Source of the DNA: Actinomycetes bacterium
GTDB lineage: Bacteria; Actinomycetota; Acidimicrobiia; Acidimicrobiales; GCA-2861595
Assembly: GCA_023264975.1 (NCBI GenBank)
Contig: JAHFUS010000007.1
Location: forward strand, 11,948-75,947
DNA length: 64,000 nucleotides
Reading direction: 5' to 3'
Positions 25,701 to 33,075 of this stretch are shown here, one piece after another (the first letter of the stretch is position 1; each line of letters starts with the position of its first letter). Under the pieces are notes generated by a model. That model saw only the letters and a list, made by a program, of their open reading frames with translations, made no database searches and was not told where the DNA came from. A program made the translations under genes and the position numbers.

Positions 25701-26304
25701 CCTGCCCTTCATCCAGGGCAAAGCCAAAGTCGCCCATCAGGAGTACTGCGACATCGTCGACCTCCTCGGGCCCGACAAGGAGTCGGTCCACCTGGAGTAC
25801 AAGGCCACGCTGCGCACCCATCGGGACTCGGGGGAGACGTTCAAGCCGCTTGAGACGGCGTCGCTCAAGACGATCGCCGCCTTTCTCAACTCCCGGGAGG
25901 GCGGCACCCTGCTCATCGGCGTGGCCGACGACGGCACTGTCCACGGGCTCGAGGCCGACTACGCCAGCCGTTCCAAGGCTGACCAGGACCCCCGGGACTG
26001 GTTCCAGCAGCACCTGGCCAACATCATCTCGACCTCGATGGGCGACGCGGCAGCCACCAACGTCCGGCCCCATCTCCACCACGTCGATGGCCATGACATC
26101 TGCCGCGTCCAGGTGGACGCCTGCGGGTTCCCGGTCGACGCCAAGGTCCTCTTTCAGAAGCCGGACGGGCCGAAGGAGATGCGCACCGAGTTCTTCGTCC
26201 GAATGGCGAACGGCACCAAGGCCCTCGACGTCGTGCAGCGGGAGAAGTACATCGCCGGCCGCTGGAGGAGCGCGGCGTTTCAGCCGCCCGGGATCGCCCC
26301 ATGA
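22786..26304 (+). CDS. hsdR: Type I restriction enzyme R subunit fused to a C-terminal AlbA_2/Schlafen-like domain
   Basis: Motif I QHSAGSGKSNT and DEAH box VIVDEAHSSQ. The C-terminal 175 aa (nt 25777-26301: ESVHLEYKATL...KTIAAFLNSREGGTLLIGVADDGTVHGL) match the AlbA_2/Schlafen-type domain pattern. Confidence 0.85.
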   Translation: MSRMDEALFESFICERLVGSMGYDAVKIGTAQGAPTDFDPVRALDTAELFAFIGATQIDTWNQLLTLYGNDPDKAQRSFADRLAKELDARGTVDALRHGVVDLGVTFKLAYFRPASGLTPALLERYAKNRLTVTRQLPYSAGSTRTLDLCLFVNGIPVATAELKNAITGQGIDEAIEQYRTDRDPNNALLRRAVVHFAVDTERVAMTTRLAGKGTRFLPFNRGHNLGAGNPPNPDGHRTAYLWERVWQRDAWLDLLNRFVHVEPAPKGSKAPATVIFPRFHQWDAVLALIAGAREHGPGHDYLVQHSAGSGKSNTLAWLAHRLSSLHDAADGKVFDKVVVITDRRILDRQLQDTIYQFEHAHGVVVRVDQNSQQLADALEGEQARIVITTLQKFPFVTEKIGALPNRTYAVIVDEAHSSQTGDSATALKAVLGNKAPEPNPEEPPDPAEDALAAAVAARGKQANLSFFAFTATPKARTLELFGRYDRVTDRHEPFHLYSMRQAIEEGFILDVLANYVTYTTYWQIEQATPDDPEYDARKAKAAIARFVSLHPHQLAQKAEVIVEHYRARVRHKIGGRAKAMVVTASREHAARYKLALDRYINDKGYKDVGVLVAFSGSLDLDGADVTESSMNGFPDTQTATEFDTEAWHVLVVAEKYQTGFDQPKLYAMYTDKPLTGLAAVQTLSRLNRTYDRDGIRKDGTFVLDFRNDAEDIRASFEPWYGATVAPPTDPNLLYDTRHALDPFGVLWPDEIERAVTLLLAKGKVAHDRVHAALAPAIDRFGELATDEQDRFLDALKRFIRTYAFLSQVVSFTDTKLERDYLFCKALAAFLRTGGSEAVHPDVELTHLRIDQTFEGSVTLTTAEGVVTTIFGGGKLHEPEVEPLSQIIERLNERFGTTFAPEDRVFYDTIAEKLTRRSDIQQAAAANSPENFALILAKEFQGGVLDQLGVAEDMALSYIDSPDMQGEILAAYLPFIQGKAKVAHQEYCDIVDLLGPDKESVHLEYKATLRTHRDSGETFKPLETASLKTIAAFLNSREGGTLLIGVADDGTVHGLEADYASRSKADQDPRDWFQQHLANIISTSMGDAAATNVRPHLHHVDGHDICRVQVDACGFPVDAKVLFQKPDGPKEMRTEFFVRMANGTKALDVVQREKYIAGRWRSAAFQPPGIAP

Positions 26305-27182
26305 ACGACCTGCCCGCGCCGATCGGCACCTCTATCCGCATCTTTCTCGCCAACGGGGCAGCAGACGGCGTGTGGGTGGTGGAGAAGAGCAACTGGACCG
26401 GCAAGGCCCTGATGGCGCCACGGACCCGGTACAAGGAGCTTCGATCACGGCCAGACCTCGATGGACCCGGCGTGTACCTCCTCATCGGCCCCACCGAGTC
26501 GGGTGTGCCCATACACCGGGTCTACATCGGTGAGACCGACGATCTCCCTGGGCGCCTCGACCACCACAACCGGACCAAAGACTTCTGGAACCGAGCAATC
26601 GTCTTCACCAGCAAGGACGCCAACCTCAACAAGGCGCACATCCGCCACCTGGAGGGTCGCCTGATCGGCCTGGGCAAGGCCGCCAACCGCGCTGAACTTG
26701 AGAACGGCACGGTCGGCTCCACGCCACCCCTGTCAGAGCCTGACACTGCTGAAGCAGAGGCGTTTCTCGCTGAGATGCTGCTGATCTACCCAGTGCTCGG
26801 TGTCCAGGTGTTCGAGAAGGCCGCCGAGCAGGCGTCGAGTTCGGTAGTGCTCCACCTGGCCGGCAAGGGCACGAAGGCCCGCGGGACCGAGGCACCGGAT
26901 GGCTTCGTGGTCCACGCCGGGTCGCTGGCCCGTCTCGACGTGGTGCCCTCGATCCATGCCTACGGCGCCCAGCTGCGCGCGGCCCTCATCGGCAAGGGAC
27001 GGCTTGTGCAGAACGGAGCGCACCTCCTCCTCACGGAGGACTATGTCTTCACCTCGCCCTCGACCGCAGCCATGGTCATGCTCGGGCGGACAGCGAATGG
27101 TCGGATTGAGTGGAAGACCGCCGAGGGCCAGACCCTCAAGGATGTTCAGGTGGAGCGCGGCGAGGGACTTCGAGGGGCCTGA
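26301..27182 (+). CDS. GIY-YIG nuclease domain protein with a DUF4357-like C-terminal domain
   Basis: ATGA overlap with the hsdR stop. GVYLLIG...VYIGETDDLPGRLDHH (GIY-YIG-like). C-terminal FTSPSTAAMVMLGRTANGRIEWK is typical of DUF4357. Confidence 0.7.
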   Translation: MNDLPAPIGTSIRIFLANGAADGVWVVEKSNWTGKALMAPRTRYKELRSRPDLDGPGVYLLIGPTESGVPIHRVYIGETDDLPGRLDHHNRTKDFWNRAIVFTSKDANLNKAHIRHLEGRLIGLGKAANRAELENGTVGSTPPLSEPDTAEAEAFLAEMLLIYPVLGVQVFEKAAEQASSSVVLHLAGKGTKARGTEAPDGFVVHAGSLARLDVVPSIHAYGAQLRAALIGKGRLVQNGAHLLLTEDYVFTSPSTAAMVMLGRTANGRIEWKTAEGQTLKDVQVERGEGLRGA

Positions 27183-27217
27183 CGGCCCCAGGTTGGGTCC
27201 TGCCCCACCCGGGTGTC

Positions 27218-27625
27218 CTACACCGCCAGCGGGTGGGCCTCGGACCGCTCGCAGATCATCCCGTAGAGCACTCCGGCGGCGTGGGCCCACCGGAAGGATT
27301 CAATGTCGGGGAACACGAGCATGAGCCCCAGGGATGGACCAGGGTCATCGGACGCGAGCTCAATGGCGGCGCGGGCGAGAGCGGCTTCGACCTGACCGGC
27401 ATTCTCAGCACGGGAGACGATCTCGTCCCAGTTGATCCACCGGGCCTCGACACATTTGAGGGTCAACGAGCCGATGGCCACCAGCGGCGGCGCATTGAGG
27501 AGGTACACCGACGCCGCCCAAGCGGGATGGTTGCGGAACCAGGCCGGCTGGCGGTCGAGCCACTCCTCGACCTCGACCCGCCAGGAAGGGAGCGTGGACC
27601 GAAACGCGCTGAGGGCCCCGGTCAC
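27218..27625 (-). CDS. Hypothetical protein (135 aa), coupled to the upstream HTH gene
   Basis: GTGA overlap with the stop of the 27622-27969 gene. No recognisable family. Confidence 0.5.
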   Translation of the reverse strand: MTGALSAFRSTLPSWRVEVEEWLDRQPAWFRNHPAWAASVYLLNAPPLVAIGSLTLKCVEARWINWDEIVSRAENAGQVEAALARAAIELASDDPGPSLGLMLVFPDIESFRWAHAAGVLYGMICERSEAHPLAV

Positions 27626-27969
27626 GGCTCGCCCTCGTCATCACCCGGATCACCGTCGGGGTCGTTGTCGCTCGTCTCGCCGAATCGCTTGTAGACGGTG
27701 GGCCGGGAGATCCCGAAGGTGTCGGCGATGTCCTTCCACGTCGTTCGCTCGTACCGGCGGGCGTAGTGGACCAGCTGGCGGGTGAGGTCGTCGAGCTGGC
27801 TCTGGACATCGGCCACCAGAACGGCCAGCTCCAGATAGCTCGGGCCTGTCTCGTCGTCGGCGGCGCGCCGGTCGAGGGACCGGGCCAGGGTGACCAGCGA
27901 CTGCGACAGCGCCGGGTGATCGATGGCGGTAGTCCGCTTCTGGCCTCGTGCGGGCGTGTCAGCCTTCAT
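27622..27969 (-). CDS. HTH DNA-binding protein (115 aa) with an acidic C-terminal tail
   Basis: TWKDIADTFGISRPTVYKRF is a clear HTH of the resolvase/sigma-r4 type. Tail DNDPDGDPGDDEGEP. Confidence 0.6.
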   Translation of the reverse strand: MKADTPARGQKRTTAIDHPALSQSLVTLARSLDRRAADDETGPSYLELAVLVADVQSQLDDLTRQLVHYARRYERTTWKDIADTFGISRPTVYKRFGETSDNDPDGDPGDDEGEP

Positions 27970-27986
27970 GGCACCTCACTGTACGG

Positions 27987-28047
27987 AGAAGTGACAAGAC
28001 TTCTGGGGGACCTGACGTGGTCCCGAGGCGCCCGAGACTCATCTCGG
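27987..28047 (-). terminator. Cluster of three short hairpins between the NERD stop and the HTH-gene start
   Basis: AGAAGT-N6-ACTTCT (27987-28004), GGGACC-N6-GGTCCC (28007-28024) and CCGAGA-N4-TCTCGG (28032-28047). Could be a terminator and/or an operator. Confidence 0.35.
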
Positions 28048-28095
28048 CTTTCCTGGAAGCCTACAACCGTGGTGTGACGAACCTCGGTCATTCGC

Positions 28096-28857
28096 TCACC
28101 GCTGTCGCAGGTTTGACACTTCAGCGTCAAAACCACATCGGGATGCCTCGTTACGTCGTGCCCAGCTCCCGGCCGATCGTCGTACGGCGGGAGGAAGGAC
28201 AGAGCGGGCAACAGCGGCCAGCCGCTCGATCGCATCGGGCGGGCAGGACGGCTTCGCACTCACCAGGGCCTCCAACAGCGAGTCGGGCGTGGCGATCGTC
28301 ACGCCCTCGAAATGCAGCGGTGAACGGGGCAAACGGGCGCCGTGGACGCACAGGTCGGCGTGGACGTCGATCCCCGTGACGGCCAGGTCCGAGCTGAGGA
28401 CGTCGGCGACCTCGCCCGCTGCCCAGCGCAGGACTCGCAGCACCTCGTCCAGGCACGTCCGCCCGTACCAGAGGCGGCCGTCGCCGAGGAGCTTGATGCG
28501 GCCCCGGTAGGCCTTGGAGTCGATGACGTGGACGCCCGGCCCGATCACAAGGTGGTCGACATTGGCCCCCGAGCCGGGGAGGCGGCGGTCGTGGAGTACG
28601 ACCCAGCCCAGCTGGCGCAGCGGATCAAGGATGCTCGCGGTTCTCCGCTCGCCTTCGGCCCCTCGTCGCCAGTTGGAGACGGGCGTGGTCTCGAGCGGCC
28701 GCAGCGGCCCGAGCAGGTCGCCCAGCGGGACGTTGGTCCGCCTCTCGTCGGCGTCGGGGGCGAGGAGTGCCCGGTAGTGCTCGGAGGCCGAGGCACCGGC
28801 GTCGCTATCGGGGACCTCGGGTAGCGACCACGACCCGGGCGGCTGAGGGCTGTTCAC
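28096..28857 (-). CDS. NERD (nuclease-related domain) protein
   Basis: GAEGERRTASILDPLRQLGWVVLHDRRLPGSGANVDHLVIGPGVHVIDSKAY matches the NERD core. GTGA overlap with the upstream gene. Confidence 0.7.
   Translation of the reverse strand: MNSPQPPGSWSLPEVPDSDAGASASEHYRALLAPDADERRTNVPLGDLLGPLRPLETTPVSNWRRGAEGERRTASILDPLRQLGWVVLHDRRLPGSGANVDHLVIGPGVHVIDSKAYRGRIKLLGDGRLWYGRTCLDEVLRVLRWAAGEVADVLSSDLAVTGIDVHADLCVHGARLPRSPLHFEGVTIATPDSLLEALVSAKPSCPPDAIERLAAVARSVLPPAVRRSAGSWARRNEASRCGFDAEVSNLRQR
28112..28131. promoter_or_regulatory. Palindromic motif, copy 2 (TTTGAC-N8-GTCAAA)
   Basis: Lies within the last 12 codons of the NERD ORF and 143 bp upstream of the HTH gene start (27969). Spacer ACTTCAGC. 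Confidence 0.4.
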
Positions 28858-29294
28858 GACAGCTCCGGACCTGCCTCGTGCCCGGCATCGGGCAGGTCGG
28901 CAGTCGCCAGATCGAGCGTGAGCAGGTCGAATGCCCGAGCATCCTCGTCGGGAGGATGGCGATCCTGGCGGGGGTCGATCACCTCCACACCGGTCGTCAC
29001 CGGTTCCACGTAGGTGGCGGCGTGCAGCACCCAGCTCTGCTGGGCGTGCTCGTCCATCATGGCCATGCGAAGGCGCGGTGCGCGCTGCACCCGGTACGCC
29101 AGGCCGTCGATCACGACGTTGCCGCACCACGTCCCCGGGAATCCCCTTCCTCCCGCCTCCGTCGGCGTCGCCTCGATGCCGGCGTGGCCGGCCAGGATGA
29201 GCCACGAGGCCAGGCTGCGGGCTCGCCAGTCCTCGTCCGGGCTGATGACTGGGGCGGCGAAGACGAGGTTGGTCGGATCAGGCAGGCGGCTCAC
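28854..29294 (-). CDS. Hypothetical protein (146 aa) in the PrimPol operon
   Basis: Start overlaps the PrimPol stop and stop overlaps the NERD start (both 4-nt overlaps). No recognisable family. Confidence 0.5.
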   Translation of the reverse strand: MSRLPDPTNLVFAAPVISPDEDWRARSLASWLILAGHAGIEATPTEAGGRGFPGTWCGNVVIDGLAYRVQRAPRLRMAMMDEHAQQSWVLHAATYVEPVTTGVEVIDPRQDRHPPDEDARAFDLLTLDLATADLPDAGHEAGPELS

Positions 29295-30397
29295 GGCGTC
29301 CTCGCCGCCTCGTGTCCCTGCTCGACCCGGGGCGAGTCAGTCGGCGCCAGCCGGTGGCTGCGGGGCAACTCGATGCTTCGCAGGTCCGGCCCGCAGTCGG
29401 CGGGAAGATCAGGGCGGACTGCTTGTGGCCCCTGGTCGAGCCGGCTCGACGCTCGGTGATGGCCGGTGGGTGGCGGACGGTCGGTGGGATGGCGCGGGCT
29501 GGCTTCCCCGGCGCCAAGGCCGCTCTCGACGGTGGCCATTGCCTCCCGGGCGCCGAGGCCGGCGGCCTGGCCGGCCTGCTCCAGGAGATCGGTCACCAGG
29601 TCCCGGTCCAGGTGCCCCCCGCCCACGATCTGGCCGAGGACGAAGGAGGCCCGGTTGAGCACGTGGTTGCGCTGGCCAACCGCCGCCGCGCTGACACGAG
29701 CGAGCTCGCCCTCCACGGCTGCCGCCGCCCAGGAGGACACGCCGGCATCGCGGCGCAGTCGGGAGGGATCGGGAGCGGGCCGAGGCGGCTGCTTGGGCGC
29801 AGCCAGGCGCTCGACGAGCCAGTCGGGAACGGCGGCCAGCATGCGCACCGGGCCCCAGCGGTAGGGGGTGCCGGTGGCGTGGATGCTGGGCGGGGCGACC
29901 ACGTAGCCGCCGTCGCCCCGCACGTCGAGGCCGGGCCCCAGCCGGGTGCCGGCGCTGTTGCGCACCGACCTCCCAGGATGGGCGAAGTACAGGTGGCGCC
30001 CGCCGCTTCCGGTGTGGACCATGCGGGTGGGCGGCAGCCGGCCGTTGGCGGCCAGGAGATGCTCGAGGCTCTCGTCGCCGCCGTGGGGCGGATCGACGTC
30101 GAGCACCACCACGCCCCGGGTGCTGGAGCCGGGGAGGGCACCGGTGCGGATGGCGACGTTGGCCTGCGGCCAGGTGCGCCACCAGCGGGCGATCACCTCT
30201 GGGTGGGTCGTGGCGTCGTGCAGGCCTCGCCGGGTGCGGGGGTGCTTGGCCACGCTGGCGCACTCCGTGGAGCCGCAGCTACAACCGCTGGCCAGCGGGT
30301 GATGGCACGGGAAGACCGCCCACCCCCGCTCGGCGTAGGCGAGGGCGGCCTGCACCGGCCTCGGCTCACGTCCACCCGGCGCTGCTGCCCCGCTCAC
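29291..30397 (-). CDS. Bifunctional DNA primase/polymerase (PrimPol, N-terminal domain family)
   Basis: AALAYAERGWAVFPC...KHPRT..G..DAT...VVVLDVDPPHGG...GGRHLYF...G.DVRGDGGYVVAPPS is the typical Prim-Pol pattern. Confidence 0.75.
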   Translation of the reverse strand: MSGAAAPGGREPRPVQAALAYAERGWAVFPCHHPLASGCSCGSTECASVAKHPRTRRGLHDATTHPEVIARWWRTWPQANVAIRTGALPGSSTRGVVVLDVDPPHGGDESLEHLLAANGRLPPTRMVHTGSGGRHLYFAHPGRSVRNSAGTRLGPGLDVRGDGGYVVAPPSIHATGTPYRWGPVRMLAAVPDWLVERLAAPKQPPRPAPDPSRLRRDAGVSSWAAAAVEGELARVSAAAVGQRNHVLNRASFVLGQIVGGGHLDRDLVTDLLEQAGQAAGLGAREAMATVESGLGAGEASPRHPTDRPPPTGHHRASSRLDQGPQAVRPDLPADCGPDLRSIELPRSHRLAPTDSPRVEQGHEAARTP

Positions 30398-30657
30398 CGC
30401 AGGCCTGCCTCGGGGCCGGGCTCGGGCTTTGTCACCTCAGTGTCAAAGTCGCTGGGGATCCAGCCGATGGGGTCGGGCCGTTCGGGGTCGTCGTCGGCGA
30501 ACCGGCCGACGTCCAGCGTCGCCCACGGATCGTCGCCGGCATCGCCCTGCTCGACGTCGCCCGGCCGGGCGGGCCGGGGAGGGGGACGCTCGACGGTGTG
30601 CTCGCCGTCGCCCCGCCGGCGTCGACCTGGCAGGTGAGGAAGGGCGGGTGTCGTCAT
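30394..30657 (-). CDS. Small acidic hypothetical protein (87 aa)
   Basis: ATGA overlap at its start with the upstream stop, and GTGA overlap at its stop with the PrimPol start. Confidence 0.4.
   Translation of the reverse strand: MTTPALPHLPGRRRRGDGEHTVERPPPRPARPGDVEQGDAGDDPWATLDVGRFADDDPERPDPIGWIPSDFDTEVTKPEPGPEAGLR
30428..30447. promoter_or_regulatory. Palindromic motif, copy 3 (TTTGTC-N8-GTCAAA)
   Basis: 31 bp upstream of the PrimPol start codon. Spacer ACCTCAGT. One mismatch in the left arm. Confidence 0.4.
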
Positions 30658-31997
30658 GGAAGGCTCACCTCGGCTTGTTGGGGTTGGGTGGGATCGGGAC
30701 GCGGCTGGCCGGCCACGGCCTCGACGTCGGCCAGGTCGACGGCGTGGGGATCGGGCAGGTCGATACGGCGCAGGTCGATCTCGTCGCCGGCGGTGGGGAC
30801 CTGGGTGGGCGTCGCCGCCGTCGCCTCCGGTGCAGGCACCCGGTAGACGACCGGGGCCAGTGGACCGCCGCCCGGGTTGACCACCGTGGCCGGCACCCGC
30901 ACCAGCCGGCTCGACGACAGGCCGGGGCCGAACCGTTGGTGGCGCCAGTGGGCCCGGCGCAGGTGGGTGATGGGCGAGGCGTGACCCGCAGCCGCGTCGC
31001 TCCCGCCCACCACACGGTCGGCCACCGTCGTGCGGGCCACGTCGAGGACGCGGACGCCGGCGGCGGCGCCCCTCGGCTCGTGGCGGCGGAACTCGCCGCG
31101 GCGTACCGCCTTGCGCCATGCCCGCGAGCGCGGGTCGTCGGGGAGTTCCAGGCCACGGTCGGGCTCGTGCCACTCCGCCCACGAGACGGTGGCGGCCAGG
31201 TTGTGGGCCACGTGGGCCAGGTGAGCGGACGACAGCCGGCCCCACACCGTGGCCCGGTAGCGGTCGAGCGCGGCTGTCCCGGGTCGGGTGGCGTCGGGGT
31301 TGACCGACACCAGCCACATCACCTCGTCGGCCAGCCCGCCCCCGGGGCGCTCGGTGAGCACGGCGCCCTCGATGCCGCCGCCGAGCGCACGCAGGTCGCC
31401 GACGACGGTGCGCATCGACGTGGGCTGGCCCGACAGGTCGGACAGGTGGTCCCACTCGCTCGGCCAGTCGTGCAGCTCGGCACCCACCTCCAGGACCCGG
31501 CCGAACCACACCGCGATGCGCGGGTACGGCAGGCGCAGCTCGGCTAGGTCGGCCGGCTCGGGGGGATGGCTGGCCAGGATGCCGACGGCGGCGTCGGCGT
31601 CGAGGAAGTGGGGCACCGCGTCGTACAGCGCCTCGGTGTCGGCCAGGCAGGTCAAGGTGCGGCTCACCGCGCTGCGCCACACCATGTCGTCGTGCGCCGG
31701 GCCGTGGCGGGGGATCGCGGCGATGACGCGCTGGTAGGAGGCGACGCGGGCCAGGTCGGCGGCCACCGCGAAGCCCCGTAGCGCGGCCACGTCGCCGGGG
31801 ACATAGCGGTCGGGGTCCGGGTACCCGGGGCGCCAGCGCCCCGAGGCCCAGGCGATGGCCGCATCGCGCTGGGCCTGGGCGAACAGGCCGTCGAGCCGAC
31901 GCACCATGGCGGCGAACCCATTCCGGGCGACGGCCAGCTCGGCATCGCCCAGGAGACGGGGCTGGATCCCGAAGGCGCTGCGTCGCAGCGTCGTCAT
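30654..31997 (-). CDS. Hypothetical ICE protein (447 aa)
   Basis: ATG 31997 overlaps the upstream stop (31994). Coding-like composition. No recognisable family. Confidence 0.55.
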   Translation of the reverse strand: MTTLRRSAFGIQPRLLGDAELAVARNGFAAMVRRLDGLFAQAQRDAAIAWASGRWRPGYPDPDRYVPGDVAALRGFAVAADLARVASYQRVIAAIPRHGPAHDDMVWRSAVSRTLTCLADTEALYDAVPHFLDADAAVGILASHPPEPADLAELRLPYPRIAVWFGRVLEVGAELHDWPSEWDHLSDLSGQPTSMRTVVGDLRALGGGIEGAVLTERPGGGLADEVMWLVSVNPDATRPGTAALDRYRATVWGRLSSAHLAHVAHNLAATVSWAEWHEPDRGLELPDDPRSRAWRKAVRRGEFRRHEPRGAAAGVRVLDVARTTVADRVVGGSDAAAGHASPITHLRRAHWRHQRFGPGLSSSRLVRVPATVVNPGGGPLAPVVYRVPAPEATAATPTQVPTAGDEIDLRRIDLPDPHAVDLADVEAVAGQPRPDPTQPQQAEVSLP

Positions 31998-33067
31998 GGC
32001 CCGACCTCCGCCCCCAAGCGACCGGGCAGGGGAGGCTCTGGACCGGCGAGGCGCTCGATGCCCGTTTCTGCCCACACCGATGCCGATGCTTCGGGGAGCT
32101 TGCTGGCCGCTGCATCTGGCAGCTCGATGGTGCGTAGGTCGAAGGCGTGTCCCGTCTCAGCCGCCTCCGGCGCTGCCACTTCCGCCGTCCGGGAGCGAGC
32201 CAGGAGAGAGCCGTCGACCGCCGCTCGGGCTGGGGACGGGGCCCGGTCCAGCCCGGTCCCCGGCGAGGCCGCCACCCTCGCCTCGGCCTGTGGTGGCATG
32301 GCGAACTCCGAGCCGCACAGCCCGCAGATCACCGGTCCGCGCTCGAGCACCGACGGCGCCATGCGCAGCTTGCGGCTCGGCTCGCAGCCGCACTCCGCCG
32401 CCTTGGCCTTGGCCTTGGCCTTGGACGCACCGTCGTTCTGGCCCCCGTCACCTAGGCCCGGCCGGCCCTCAGCGCCGCCCTCGACGCCAGCGCTCGGCAC
32501 CGCAGGCAGGCCCCGGGCCAGTCGCATGTGGGTGGCGATGCCGGCGATGACGGGGGCGTACGCCTCCGCCGCCGCCGGGGTGAGGTCGGTACGGGCCCAG
32601 CCGTAGGGGTCCATGCGGCGCGGCCGCAGGCCCACCTCGGCGGCCGCCGCCTTGTAGTGGGCGTTGTGGTAGCGCCCGCCCCGGCTGGCGTCGCGAACGC
32701 CACGGGCCGCGGACAGGCCATGGGCCGCCTCGTGCAGCAGGACCTCGAAGACCGCCTCGGGGGGCAGGTGCAGGGCCTCGCCGGCCAGGAGCACCTCGCC
32801 CCTGGCCTCCGCTCCCACCCGCCACTGGCCGCCCCACCAGTGACCGAGCTTGACCAGGCGACCCCGTTCCACCCCGCTGCCCAGCACCACCACGGTGTCG
32901 GGCACCCCTGGGTGGCGGGCCTGGATGGCGGCCCACGCCGCCTCGCAGGCGGCGACGAGGTCGCTGGCGGCCACCGCCTGGGCGTTCGCATCGGCGCCGG
33001 GAGCTACCTGTTCTTGGTCGCCGTCGGAGGCCACCCGAGGATCGACGGGGTCGGTGAGGTCGGACAC
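31994..33067 (-). CDS. SprT-like HExxH zinc metalloprotease with a Cys-rich C-terminal segment
   Basis: GTG 33067 is preceded by AGGAGA. HEAAH motif (VLLHEAAHGL). KAKAKAKA linker, then CGCEP...CGLCG (zinc-ribbon-like). Lies 8 nt downstream of the relaxase stop. Confidence 0.6.
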   Translation of the reverse strand: MSDLTDPVDPRVASDGDQEQVAPGADANAQAVAASDLVAACEAAWAAIQARHPGVPDTVVVLGSGVERGRLVKLGHWWGGQWRVGAEARGEVLLAGEALHLPPEAVFEVLLHEAAHGLSAARGVRDASRGGRYHNAHYKAAAAEVGLRPRRMDPYGWARTDLTPAAAEAYAPVIAGIATHMRLARGLPAVPSAGVEGGAEGRPGLGDGGQNDGASKAKAKAKAAECGCEPSRKLRMAPSVLERGPVICGLCGSEFAMPPQAEARVAASPGTGLDRAPSPARAAVDGSLLARSRTAEVAAPEAAETGHAFDLRTIELPDAAASKLPEASASVWAETGIERLAGPEPPLPGRLGAEVGP

Positions 33068-33075
33068 GTCGTCTC

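Noticed and set aside
32401-32424. (CCTTGG)4 tandem repeat
   Set aside because: It is the coding sequence for the KAKAKAKA linker of the SprT-like protein on the minus strand. It is noted within that feature and is not treated as an independent element.
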